The notes under the pieces: generated by a model
Database searches by the model: none
Told to the model about the DNA's origin: nothing
Seen by the model: only the letters and a program-made list of their open reading frames with translations
In this document: positions 9,535 through 18,654 of the stretch, in pieces
Layout of the letters: each line of letters opens with the position of its first letter
Position numbering within the stretch: the first letter of the stretch is position 1
Position numbers and translations under genes: made by a program
From: Planctomycetota bacterium
GTDB lineage: Bacteria > Planctomycetota > B15-G4 > SIAN01
Reading direction: 5' to 3'
DNA: 64,000 nt
Assembly (NCBI GenBank): GCA_031409275.1
Contig: JANNXA010000050.1
Span: 192,001 to 256,000 of the forward strand

Positions 9535-10502
9535 TCGACGTCGAGTTCGAGCTGACCCAGGATGAACTGCGCGGGGCCGCGCGGACGCGCGCCTTCGCTG
9601 CCGTGACCGCGCTCGGCGTGAAGCGGATCGCCCTCCTCGCAGGTGACGAAGTGGCGGCGAAAGGAGCGATGGTCGCCGCACGCGAGGCGAAGCTCGCGGT
9701 CGTGGCCATCGTCGAAGGCGGCGCGCCGGCGGGTCGTTGCCCCAATGACGCGAAAGTGCGAGCGGCCGCGGTCGAGCGCGCCGGAGTCGCGGCGACGCGA
9801 TTGGCGCCCGCGGCGGTCGAGCTCTGCGGCTTCGGGTTCCCCGACAGCCGCGCCGCCGCGTCGGGCGCCGCGCGCTTCCTCGAGGCGCTGTGCACCTGCG
9901 AAGGGTGCGCGCGACGGCTGGCGACCCGCCAGCTCGATGCGACCAGGATCGCGAGCAAGGTGAAGAAGCTGATCGAAACGGCGCGCGCCGAGGCTGGCAA
10001 GGAGAGCACGCCACTCGAGCGGCCCGAGGAGATCGGTCCGTGGCTGGTGAAGCAGCTCGGCGCGATGGAGTCCGCGGCGCTGCTTTCGGTGCGCCGCGAA
10101 TCGCTCGTCGCACTGGTGCAGGAGGTGCAGAAAGCGCTGCCGAAAGGCGTCGTGCTGCAGGCGGTCGCTCACCCATCGCCCTTCGCCGGCGGGCGCGCGT
10201 TGGGCGGCGGACTGCTGGCGCTGACCGATTGGCTCGAGAGCTTCACCCTCGAACTCGCCGCCACCGACGACCCGCTCGACGCGCCGCGACTCGCCGCCAT
10301 CGTGAAGAGCGCGCGCACCGCCGCGATGCCGACCAGCCGCTTCACGCTGCGCCTGCCGATGCCGCCGCTCGAGCGGCGCACCGAGCAGGTCGCCGCGCTG
10401 CGCGCTGCGGCCAAGGAAGGTCTCGCGGGCGTCCGACTCGTCGGCGCGGCGAGCTGGCCGGACAACGAGCTCGTCGCGCTACGCGGGGCGCTTTCGCGCT
10501 GA
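9531..10502 (+). CDS. Hypothetical protein, possibly a degenerate glycoside-hydrolase-like TIM barrel with CxCxxC
   Basis: GTGA overlap with upstream stop; CPNDAKVR and LCTCEGC motifs. Confidence 0.55.
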   Translation: MIDVEFELTQDELRGAARTRAFAAVTALGVKRIALLAGDEVAAKGAMVAAREAKLAVVAIVEGGAPAGRCPNDAKVRAAAVERAGVAATRLAPAAVELCGFGFPDSRAAASGAARFLEALCTCEGCARRLATRQLDATRIASKVKKLIETARAEAGKESTPLERPEEIGPWLVKQLGAMESAALLSVRRESLVALVQEVQKALPKGVVLQAVAHPSPFAGGRALGGGLLALTDWLESFTLELAATDDPLDAPRLAAIVKSARTAAMPTSRFTLRLPMPPLERRTEQVAALRAAAKEGLAGVRLVGAASWPDNELVALRGALSR

Positions 10503-10518
10503 CTCGCGGCGATCTTGG

Positions 10519-11235
10519 TTACTGCGGCGGCGTCGGCGGAGCGCCGGTGGCGATGTCGCGTCGGATCGCCTCTTCGGCGCGCTTCTGCGCCGGCGGAATG
10601 ACGTCGGGCACCGAATAGACCGCGTAGCCGTAGATCGGCTCGCCGCGTCGCAGCATCGCGTCGTAGGCCGCGCGCCGCTCGGCCGCGTCGAGCGCGAGCG
10701 CCTGCTCGCGCAGCTCGCTCAGCGGCCGGTCGTAGGCGTCGTCGTTCAGCGGATCGAAACCGAAGCAGCCGGCGAGCGCATCCCCGAGCTCGGCGAGCCG
10801 CAACGTCGCGTTCAGCCCGATGTAGGCGAGATGGAAACCGATGCCGACATCGGCGACCCCGCGATCGCTCTCCATCTGCCAGGAGAGCGGATGCTCGCTG
10901 TAGCCGGGATCGGCGAAATAGGGCTGACGCAGGTCCAGCAGCGCGCGGCTGTCCCGACGGTACTCGTAGGTGTGCAGCAGCGACACGCCGAGTTCGCTGC
11001 GCTGTTCGCGCGAGCTCGCGAAGCGGCCCTCGACCAGCCCCGCCGCCTGCCCGTCGAACGAGCCGGCTCCGATCTGCGCGAGCTCGGTGACGCGCGCGTG
11101 CACGGCCAGCCCGGGACCGACGGTGACGCCGGCCTCGACCACCTGGGCGAAGTCGTGGGCGCGATCGCGCCACGCCGCCGCGGTGCATCCCCCACTCGTC
11201 GCCACCAACAGCAGCGCGCCCAGACGTGCCTTCAT
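10519..11235 (-). CDS. Hypothetical lipoprotein
   Basis: MKARLGALLLVATSGGC signal with Cys; ordinary protein composition. Confidence 0.65.
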   Translation of the reverse strand: MKARLGALLLVATSGGCTAAAWRDRAHDFAQVVEAGVTVGPGLAVHARVTELAQIGAGSFDGQAAGLVEGRFASSREQRSELGVSLLHTYEYRRDSRALLDLRQPYFADPGYSEHPLSWQMESDRGVADVGIGFHLAYIGLNATLRLAELGDALAGCFGFDPLNDDAYDRPLSELREQALALDAAERRAAYDAMLRRGEPIYGYAVYSVPDVIPPAQKRAEEAIRRDIATGAPPTPPQ

Positions 11236-11272
11236 GCTTCGCCGACCTTCCTGTGCAACGTGCCGCGACCGT

Positions 11273-12439
11273 TCAGCGATACGCGGGAATCCCGGTCACC
11301 GCCTCGCCGATGGCGAGCGTGTGGATGTCCCAGGTGCCCTCGTACGTGTTGACCGACTCGAGGTTCACCATGTGGCGCATGGTCTGGTACTCGTCGAGGA
11401 TTCCGTTGGCGCCGAGCATGTCGCGGCAGATGCGCGCGATGTCGAGCGCCCAGCCGACGTTGTTGCGCTTGGCCATCGAGACCTGCGAGTGCGTCGCCTT
11501 GCCGGCTTCCTTGAGTCGCCCCAGGCGCCACGCGAGCAGCTGCCCCTTGGTGATCTCGGTCACGATCTCGGCGAGCTTGGCCTGGACCAGCTGGAACCCC
11601 GCGATCGGCTTGCCGAACTGCACGCGCGACTTCGTGTAGTGGAGCGCCTCGTCGTAGCACGCCATCGCGGCGCCGAGCGCACCCCAGACGATGCCGTAGC
11701 GCGCCTGCGTCAGGCAGGAGAGCGGACCTTTCAGCCCCTTCACGCCCGGCAGGCGATTGGCGTCCGGGACGACGACATCCTGCATGACGAGCTCGGAGGT
11801 CACCGACGCGCGCAGCGAGAGCTTGCCCTTCATCTCGGGCGCGCTGAAGCCGGGACTCCCCTTCTCGATGAGGAAGCCCTGGATGCCATCGGGAGTCTGC
11901 GCCCAGACCACCGCCACATCGGCGATGGTGCCGTTGGTGATCCACATCTTCGCGCCGTTCAGCACCCAGTCGGCGCCCTTCTTGACGGCGCGCGTCTCCA
12001 TGCCGCCCGGATCGGAGCCGTGGTCGGGCTCGGTGAGGCCGAAGCAGCCGATGGCCGCGCCCTTCGCCATCGCCGGCAACCAACGCTGTTTCTGCGCTTC
12101 GGTGCCGTAGGCGTGGATCGGGTACATGACGAGGCTGCCCTGTACCGAGGCGCAGCTGCGCACGCCCGAGTCGCCGCGCTCGAGCTCCTGCATGATCAGG
12201 CCGTACGCGACCGGGTTCAGCCCGGCGCAGCCGTAGCCGCTGAGGTTCGCGCCGAAGACGCCAAGCTCGCCCATCGCCGAGATGAGCTGGCGCGGGAACG
12301 ATCCGATGCGGCACTGCTCGGCGATGATCGGGAGGATGTTCTCGTCGACCCACGAGCGGATCGTGTCACGGATCAGCCGCTCGTCCTCGGAGAGGAGATC
12401 GTCGAGGACGTAGAAATCGACTCCCTGGAACTTGCGCAT
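11273..12439 (-). CDS. gcdH: Glutaryl-CoA dehydrogenase (acyl-CoA dehydrogenase family)
   Basis: ELERGDSG.RS..SVQGSLVM, GCFGLTEPDHGSDP, NLESVNTYEGT.DIH. Confidence 0.88.
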   Translation of the reverse strand: MRKFQGVDFYVLDDLLSEDERLIRDTIRSWVDENILPIIAEQCRIGSFPRQLISAMGELGVFGANLSGYGCAGLNPVAYGLIMQELERGDSGVRSCASVQGSLVMYPIHAYGTEAQKQRWLPAMAKGAAIGCFGLTEPDHGSDPGGMETRAVKKGADWVLNGAKMWITNGTIADVAVVWAQTPDGIQGFLIEKGSPGFSAPEMKGKLSLRASVTSELVMQDVVVPDANRLPGVKGLKGPLSCLTQARYGIVWGALGAAMACYDEALHYTKSRVQFGKPIAGFQLVQAKLAEIVTEITKGQLLAWRLGRLKEAGKATHSQVSMAKRNNVGWALDIARICRDMLGANGILDEYQTMRHMVNLESVNTYEGTWDIHTLAIGEAVTGIPAYR

Positions 12440-12506
12440 CGGTAGCGAAACCTCGGTTGCGGCGGACCCGGTCTGCGGGCGCGCGAAGGGCAGGGATCGT
12501 AGCCCG

Positions 12507-13799
12507 CTAGCGAGCGGCGAGCCAGCTCTGCCACGCGAGCGGCTTCAGACCGAAATCCTCGCCCGAGATGAAGCGCAGCGCCGTCAACGCGTCCTCGCGG
12601 GCGAGCTCGGCGCCGTGCGCCACGACTTCGATCAGCGCGGCGAGCGCGGCGTCGCTGCCGATCTCTCCCAGCCCGTAGGCCGCGGCCAGGCGCACCTCTC
12701 CGGCGCGATCGAAGCGCAGCATCAGTTGCAGCGACTCGATCGCCTCGTCCCGTCGCGTCGCGCCGAGCGCCACCGCGCACCGTTCGCGCAGCGGAGCATG
12801 CCGCGATCGCTTCATGATCCCGGCCAGTTCGAACAACTCGCGGGTGCCGAGCTTCGCGACCCAATCGGCGCCGCTGCCGTCCGCGCACGGATTGAGTGAT
12901 TCCGCGACCAGCTCGGCGACGCTGCGCAGCACGATCGGCGCCCGCGGGAGCTCCGGCTCGAAGGGGCGCGTGCCCGGCAGCGGCAGCAGCGTGAAGACGA
13001 AGTCGAGCGCGACGCCCGCGGGCGGCAGCTTCTCCTCGTCGACGTCGGCCCATGTGTATGGCTCGTCGTCCTGGGCGTAGACATCGAAGAGACAGTTGTC
13101 CGCGCGCGACTTGTCGGGATGGAGCGTGAGGATGTTGCCTTCGTAGTCCGCGAGGAAGACCGACTTCTTCTCGGTCCCGAGCAGCACCTCGTCGAAGCGC
13201 GAACCGAGGTAGACGTAGCCACGCAACGGCAGCGGCCGCGTGGTGCGCAGGTCGACGAAGAAGTCCTCGAAGGCGCGCGTCACCGCGGTTCCGTCCGGCT
13301 CGTTCCAGCGCACGTAGAGGAAGACTCGATCGCCGCTCGGCGCGAGGACCTCCCACGGCTCGATCAGTCCGGCGTCGACGTCTTCGCGCGAGGGCAGTGG
13401 ATCGCGGAGCTGGCGGCGGCGCGCCATCCCTGGCTGCAACCCCATCGCGAGGAAGCAGGCATTCAGCAGGCTCGGCGTGCACGTCACGATGCCGAACGCC
13501 TCGTGCGTGAAACCGCCTTCGATGACGATGCCGTACTCGACGGGGTACTCGCGCGAGCGCTGCCGGCGGATCAGGTCGCCGCGCACATGCACCTCGCGGC
13601 GCGCCCGATCGAAGGTGATCCCGTCCGCTTCGAGACGCTTGGCGAACTCGGCGGCATCCTTCGGTGGCGGCGGCGTCTCGCGGCCCGCGCGCGAGCCGGC
13701 GTGGTCATGGTCCGTCGGATCCTGCGCCGGAAACGCGGCACTCGAGAAGGCGAGCAGCAGGACGCAGGCGAACAGAGGGTGGGCGCGCATGGCGGTCAT
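12507..13799 (-). CDS. Secreted YdjY-domain-like protein with C-terminal HEAT repeats
   Basis: Signal peptide; VEYGIVIEGGFTHEA...PSLLNACFLAMGLQPG pattern; HEAT motifs (VRLAAAYGLGEIG). Start moved to ATG 13799. Confidence 0.65.
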   Translation of the reverse strand: MTAMRAHPLFACVLLLAFSSAAFPAQDPTDHDHAGSRAGRETPPPPKDAAEFAKRLEADGITFDRARREVHVRGDLIRRQRSREYPVEYGIVIEGGFTHEAFGIVTCTPSLLNACFLAMGLQPGMARRRQLRDPLPSREDVDAGLIEPWEVLAPSGDRVFLYVRWNEPDGTAVTRAFEDFFVDLRTTRPLPLRGYVYLGSRFDEVLLGTEKKSVFLADYEGNILTLHPDKSRADNCLFDVYAQDDEPYTWADVDEEKLPPAGVALDFVFTLLPLPGTRPFEPELPRAPIVLRSVAELVAESLNPCADGSGADWVAKLGTRELFELAGIMKRSRHAPLRERCAVALGATRRDEAIESLQLMLRFDRAGEVRLAAAYGLGEIGSDAALAALIEVVAHGAELAREDALTALRFISGEDFGLKPLAWQSWLAAR

Positions 13800-13846
13800 G
13801 TTGCGCTCAACGCCACGCGAAGCAAGCGGTTCGGCGGCGGCGCCCG

Positions 13847-15154
13847 TCAGCTCACGAGCGCCCCGCTCGCGGCGAACCCTGCGTTCGCGCGTGCAAGGCA
13901 CTTCTGCGCCTGATCGGGCTGGCCCAATCGCGTGAGCAGCGCGCCAAGCTGCTGCCAGACGCGCGACGCGTCGGGTCGCGCCTTCGCTTCGGCGAGCAGG
14001 AACTTCACTGCATCGCCAGCGCGTTGCGCGACGACGAGCGCATCGGCCTTGAGCTGCACCGCCGCCGGATATCCGGGCCGCGCTGACAGTGCGCGCTCGG
14101 CCGCCGCGATGGCCGCCGTCGCGTCCCCCTTCTTCAACCACAGCCGCGCCGCAAGCGCCTCGGCCTGCGGACCGGCAAGCCCCGGCCGCCACGCCGTCTG
14201 ATGGGTCCGACGCCGTGCTCCGGTGCATTCCGCGACATGAGCGAGCGCCAGGTCGATCTCGCCCGCCGCCTCGCGCGCCAGCGCCGCGACGTAGGAGTAC
14301 GCGGGCGAATCCTGCGCGAGCGGCGGATGCAGCGCGACCAGTTCCAACGCCTGGTCGCGATCGCCCGATTCGAGGCGTGAGGCGCACGCGATCGCGAGCA
14401 GTTCGGCCCAATACGGCGGCGGCGACTCGCCGCGCGCCATCGCCGCCTCCGCCAACGCGAGCGCTCGCTCGGCCACCGGTCGCGCCGCCTGCTTGTCCTG
14501 CGCTTGGCCGCGCAGGAAGTCGGCGAACTTGTACCAGAGGTAGGGCTCCTCGGGGTGCTGGGCGACCCCCTTCTTGAAGAGCTTCAGGTTGCGTTCGACC
14601 TTCCCATGCGCGGCGATCGCGTCGGGCAGGTAGCCGTCGTGCACGACGCGTAGATCGTCCAGCAGGGCGAAACGCTGGCCCGTGCGCGCGCGCATGCGCT
14701 CGAGGTCGGGCAGCACCTGCTCGTGGATCGGGAAGCGGAAACGCACGTCCGGCGCGTGCCGCCACAGTCGCAAGATCGTCGAGTCGAGCCGCTCGCCTCC
14801 CGCAAGATCGCTCGCCACCGGAAGGAAGTAGCCGAGGTACTCGGCACGCTGCAGCGCCGCCCGCAACCCGGCCGGCCGCGGCGGAACGAAGTGCTCGTCG
14901 CAATCGAGCAGCAGGATCCACTCGCCACGCGCCACTTCGAGGCCGGCGTTGCGCGCGGCCGCGAAGTCGTCGTCCCATGGTCGCTCGATCACCGTCGCGC
15001 CCGCAGCCCGCGCCCGCGCCACGCTGTCGTCGCGCGACCCGGTATCCACGACGACGATCTCGTCGACGACGCCGCGCACGCTGTCGAGGCAGCGAGTGAG
15101 CGAGGCGCCACCGTCCTTCACGATCATGCAGAGGCTGAGCAGCGGCTTGGCCAT
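13847..15154 (-). CDS. GT2 glycosyltransferase with C-terminal TPRs (candidate flagellar protein glycosyltransferase)
   Basis: LSLCMIVKD, VVDTGSRD, WDDDFAAARN, LLDCDE, IHEQ, HDGY; helical TPR tail. Confidence 0.88.
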   Translation of the reverse strand: MAKPLLSLCMIVKDGGASLTRCLDSVRGVVDEIVVVDTGSRDDSVARARAAGATVIERPWDDDFAAARNAGLEVARGEWILLLDCDEHFVPPRPAGLRAALQRAEYLGYFLPVASDLAGGERLDSTILRLWRHAPDVRFRFPIHEQVLPDLERMRARTGQRFALLDDLRVVHDGYLPDAIAAHGKVERNLKLFKKGVAQHPEEPYLWYKFADFLRGQAQDKQAARPVAERALALAEAAMARGESPPPYWAELLAIACASRLESGDRDQALELVALHPPLAQDSPAYSYVAALAREAAGEIDLALAHVAECTGARRRTHQTAWRPGLAGPQAEALAARLWLKKGDATAAIAAAERALSARPGYPAAVQLKADALVVAQRAGDAVKFLLAEAKARPDASRVWQQLGALLTRLGQPDQAQKCLARANAGFAASGALVS

Positions 15155-15169
15155 GGCGAGACGCGCCGG

Positions 15170-15184
15170 GCAAACCGCTTGCCG
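15170..15184 (-). promoter_or_regulatory. Putative sigma54 promoter of the GT2-TPR gene
   Basis: CGGCAA-GCGGT-TTGC (GG-N10-GC), 15 nt before ATG. Confidence 0.55.
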
Positions 15185-15306
15185 TCGTCGCCTCCGCCTT
15201 TCCCGGGCGCGGCTCCTCTCGCGTCGCGGCCACCCCTCGTTTTTTTCCGGGTTGTGCTCAAGCCAACGGAAGAAAACGCCCGAAAAGGAGCCAGCGAGCT
15301 CGTTCC

Positions 15307-15319
15307 GGAAAGTCGTTCC
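15307..15319. promoter_or_regulatory. GGAA-N5-TTCC palindrome, candidate activator site
   Basis: GGAAagtcgTTCC; motif recurs at 28244, 45705, 56450. Confidence 0.5.
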
Positions 15320-15339
15320 CGGAAGGGGCTTCGCAGGGC

Positions 15340-16179
15340 GTGAGCGAGGCGAGGACCATGGCGGACAACAAGAGCCAGGAAGCGGCGACCGCGGCAGCGC
15401 CCGCGAAGAAGCCCCCGATCGACAGCGTCGAGCGCAAGCTCGACCCGGTCGACTTGATCGAAGATGAGTTGCTGGCGGCGACGCCGTACGCGCCGATCGT
15501 CGAGGCGATCGGCGGGTCGCGCGACTTCCAGAGCGGAGACGGCTACGGAGCGCGCGGCTCCTCGCGCGCCCTCTGGTTCTTCGGCGCCGTCGTCAGCGCC
15601 TTGTTGATCCTGCAGACGACGCAACTCTTCCTCGACCGCGAAGAGCGACTGGCGCCGTCTTCTCCGACCGCCGCCGGAGAGGAGTCGACCGCGACGGGCG
15701 AGTCCCACCGATCGCCTGAGCAGGAGGTCGACCGCCTGCTCTACGAGTCGCGCATCAAGCTGAATCGCGGCGTCTACGAAGACGTCATCCGCATCCTCGA
15801 GCCGCTGGTCGCCGATTCGACGTTGACCGGCAAGGAGCAGCGCTGGGAGAGCTACCTGCTGCTGGCGCGCGCCCATCGCGCGCTTGGCAACGTGGAGCGC
15901 GCACAGTCCTACTACCTGCGCGCCACCGACCAGAGCATCGATCGGCAGGAGCCGGCGCTGGTGCTGGAGGACGCGAGCGACCTGTCGGCAAGCGGCCGCT
16001 TCCTGGAGGCGCGCGAGACCCTGTTCGGCCTTCTCGCTCGTCGCGATGGCCTGCCCAAAGCGGCCGCACCGTTTGCGGCACTCGCTGAAGCGCGCGTCGC
16101 CGACTCCTGGTACGCGCAGGCGCTCGCGACCGGCCAGATCGCGCCGCTTCCCGGCGAACCGATGGAGGCATCGCATTGA
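15340..16179 (+). CDS. Membrane-anchored TPR protein
   Basis: Single TM (ALWFFGAVVSALLIL) followed by TPR-like helices; start may be ATG 15358. Confidence 0.7.
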   Translation: MSEARTMADNKSQEAATAAAPAKKPPIDSVERKLDPVDLIEDELLAATPYAPIVEAIGGSRDFQSGDGYGARGSSRALWFFGAVVSALLILQTTQLFLDREERLAPSSPTAAGEESTATGESHRSPEQEVDRLLYESRIKLNRGVYEDVIRILEPLVADSTLTGKEQRWESYLLLARAHRALGNVERAQSYYLRATDQSIDRQEPALVLEDASDLSASGRFLEARETLFGLLARRDGLPKAAAPFAALAEARVADSWYAQALATGQIAPLPGEPMEASH

Positions 16180-17822
16180 GCGCGAGCCTCGTCGCCCTGC
16201 TCGCCGCGCTCCTCGCGCAGGCGAATCCCGCCGACGAGCGCACCGCCGACGCGGCGGAAGCGCTCGAGCGCGAGGTCCTCGCGCAAGACGACGCCTCCGA
16301 AGTGAGGCTCGTTTCAGCGCCCGACGATCCGGAACTGCTCGACGTGGTCGCGCACGGCGTGCCCGCCAGCGTCCTCCTGCAGAAGATCGCCAAGGTGACG
16401 CAACGCGAGCTGCGCCTCGATGCTGGCGAGGCCGCGTTGCGGTCGGCCGCTCCGCTCGACGTCCACTTGAAGCGCCGTCCCACCCATGAAGTGGTCGAGT
16501 GGGTCGCTGGCGCCGCCGGTCTTTGCGCCGAGCTGCTGCGCGCCTCGATCCGCGTCCACGCCGACCGCATCGAAGGGCGCGCGGCGGAGGACGCGCTGCA
16601 GCGTGCGATCGACGGCTGGCACGCCTCCCTCCTGCGCGATCCGCTGCAACCCGACGCCCCGCGCCTGCGCTTCCAGATCGGCAACGCGCTCTACCAACTC
16701 GGCGACTTCCAGAACGCGATCCTCGTCTGGAAGGAGCTCGAGACGAACACCAAGCCGGGGCGGCCGACAGCGTCCGGCTCCGTGGGCGCGGACGACGACT
16801 TCGGCGACCTGCCGATGGTCTACTTCCGGTGCGGCCACGCCTACGCGGCGATGGGCGACGAGCCCAACGCGCAGGAGCAATGGCTCACCATCGCGCAGAG
16901 GTTCTCCGCGAGCGAGCTCGTGGCGAGCGCCCGCCTGGCAGCGGTGCAATCGTTCCGCCGTCAGCATGACGAGACGAACGCGAGCCTCGTGCTTCGGATC
17001 GTCATCGAGGGGATGAGGAGTGGCCTCGCGCCGCTCGACCTCGTCACCGCGGCCGAACTGCTGAACGAGGGTGGCAGCTACGAGCGCGCCTCCGAGGTGC
17101 TGCGTTACGGGATGCCGTCGTTCACCGATCCCAAACTCGAGAATCGCGCCGCGATCGCGTTGGCGCGCAGCCTCGCCGGCCAGCACGACTGGCACGGCGT
17201 GATCGACGCCGCTCAGCGCTTCGCCAAGGAGAGCGGCGATGGCGACCGCGCTGCCGAGATGTGGTTGCTGCTCGGCGAGGCGCACCACCAGCTCGACGAT
17301 CCGTTCACGGCGTTGCTCGCGATCCGCCGAGCCCGCGAGCTCGGCCCGCGGATGGAGGTCTCCTTCGCCATCGACCTGCTCGAGGGCCGGGTCTGGGCGC
17401 GCTCCGGCATGCTCGCCCGCGCGCAACCCTGCCTCGAACGCGCCGGTTCGTGCGCCTTCCCGAGCCTCGCGGCGCCAGCGCTGGCGTTGCACGCGCAGTT
17501 GCTGCGCGACGACGGACAGCTCGAAGCGGCGGCGCGGGCGTGCCAGCAGCTGCAGGCGATTCCGGGCCACGAGGTGGAGGCCGCGCTGGCGCTGGCTCGC
17601 ATCTTCCTCGAGCAGCGCAATCGCGAGCGCTGCCTCACCCTGATCCGCGACACCTTGCCGCTCGCCGATGGCGAACAGCGCGCGGCCCTTTCTGAAATCG
17701 CCCACGAGGCGCTGCGCGACGCGCCGCCCGATCTGAAGTGGCCGGAGTTCCTCGACGCCGAGGCGAGCACGACCACGCCGTCCGAGTCCGACCCTGTGAA
17801 GGAGCCCGCTCATGGCCGCTGA
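16176..17822 (+). CDS. Secreted TPR protein with N-terminal STN/secretin-N-like domain
   Basis: Signal peptide; DVVAHGVPASVLLQKIA...DVHLKRRPTHEVVEWVA; multiple TPRs (FQIGNALYQLGDFQNA); TTG start overlapping upstream stop. Confidence 0.7.
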   Translation: MSASLVALLAALLAQANPADERTADAAEALEREVLAQDDASEVRLVSAPDDPELLDVVAHGVPASVLLQKIAKVTQRELRLDAGEAALRSAAPLDVHLKRRPTHEVVEWVAGAAGLCAELLRASIRVHADRIEGRAAEDALQRAIDGWHASLLRDPLQPDAPRLRFQIGNALYQLGDFQNAILVWKELETNTKPGRPTASGSVGADDDFGDLPMVYFRCGHAYAAMGDEPNAQEQWLTIAQRFSASELVASARLAAVQSFRRQHDETNASLVLRIVIEGMRSGLAPLDLVTAAELLNEGGSYERASEVLRYGMPSFTDPKLENRAAIALARSLAGQHDWHGVIDAAQRFAKESGDGDRAAEMWLLLGEAHHQLDDPFTALLAIRRARELGPRMEVSFAIDLLEGRVWARSGMLARAQPCLERAGSCAFPSLAAPALALHAQLLRDDGQLEAAARACQQLQAIPGHEVEAALALARIFLEQRNRERCLTLIRDTLPLADGEQRAALSEIAHEALRDAPPDLKWPEFLDAEASTTTPSESDPVKEPAHGR

Positions 17823-18654
17823 GAAGCTGTTTGCCGCTCTCCTGGCGCTGACCGGCGGCGACACCATCGAGGAGATGCTGCGCGCCAACGAGTTGCTGGT
17901 GACGCAACTGCTCGATCTGCAGCAGCGCGTGCGCTCGGGCGAACTCGTGCCGCTCGCCGAGCTCGGACTCGCGGCGCCGACGCGCGAGGAGATCCTCTCG
18001 GGACTCGACGTGCGCGCCGCATTGAAGCTCGGCATCGAGCCTTCCGCCGTTCGTGATCGCCTCGCACCGGGATTCGACGCCGAGCTCGATCAGCTCGCGA
18101 CGCAACGTGAGAAGCTCCTGTCGGGCCCGCCGTCGGACCCTTCGCCTCTCCTCACGCTGATGCTCGACTTCGAGGTCGAGATGAAGGCGCTGCAGGATCG
18201 CCGCCGCCAATCGCTGCGGCTGAAGAACCCGCTCGACTCCGGACCGCTCGCCTCGACGCTCCAGCCCGAAGGTGCTCCCGGTCCTGCGGTGGTCGATGGA
18301 GTCGACGCCGCGGCTCCGGCAGACGGTGGCAGCTCGCACCGCCCACGGCCCTCCCCCGTCGACGCTCGCCTTGCCGCCGCCGCGCTCTATCGGGCGGGCC
18401 GTTGGCAAGAGGCACTCGACGCGTGGGGCCGCATGGCCTCGGACGCGAAGCCGACGATCGAGGAGGAGTACCAGCGCGCCGACTGCCTCATGCGCCTGAC
18501 GCGTGCCGACGAGGCGATCGAGATCTGGGAGAAGATCGCGGCCGAACACGCCGACACGCCGTGGGGCGCGCAGTCGACCTTCTCGCTCAAGGTGGCGCGC
18601 GCCCTCTCGGCGCTGCAGCGAGCCAAGCAGCCCGCGGCGGGAGGCAAGTCGTGA
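17812..18654 (+). CDS. TPR protein with N-terminal hydrophobic leader
   Basis: AALYRAGRWQEA, YQRADCLMRL...EAIEIWEKI C-terminal TPRs; overlaps both neighbours. Confidence 0.7.
   Translation: MAAEKLFAALLALTGGDTIEEMLRANELLVTQLLDLQQRVRSGELVPLAELGLAAPTREEILSGLDVRAALKLGIEPSAVRDRLAPGFDAELDQLATQREKLLSGPPSDPSPLLTLMLDFEVEMKALQDRRRQSLRLKNPLDSGPLASTLQPEGAPGPAVVDGVDAAAPADGGSSHRPRPSPVDARLAAAALYRAGRWQEALDAWGRMASDAKPTIEEEYQRADCLMRLTRADEAIEIWEKIAAEHADTPWGAQSTFSLKVARALSALQRAKQPAAGGKS

Noticed and set aside
13800..15233. 908-aa ORF implying a long N-terminal extension of the YdjY-like protein
   Set aside because: The extension overlaps the GT2-TPR gene in another frame; a signal peptide begins at 13799/13790.
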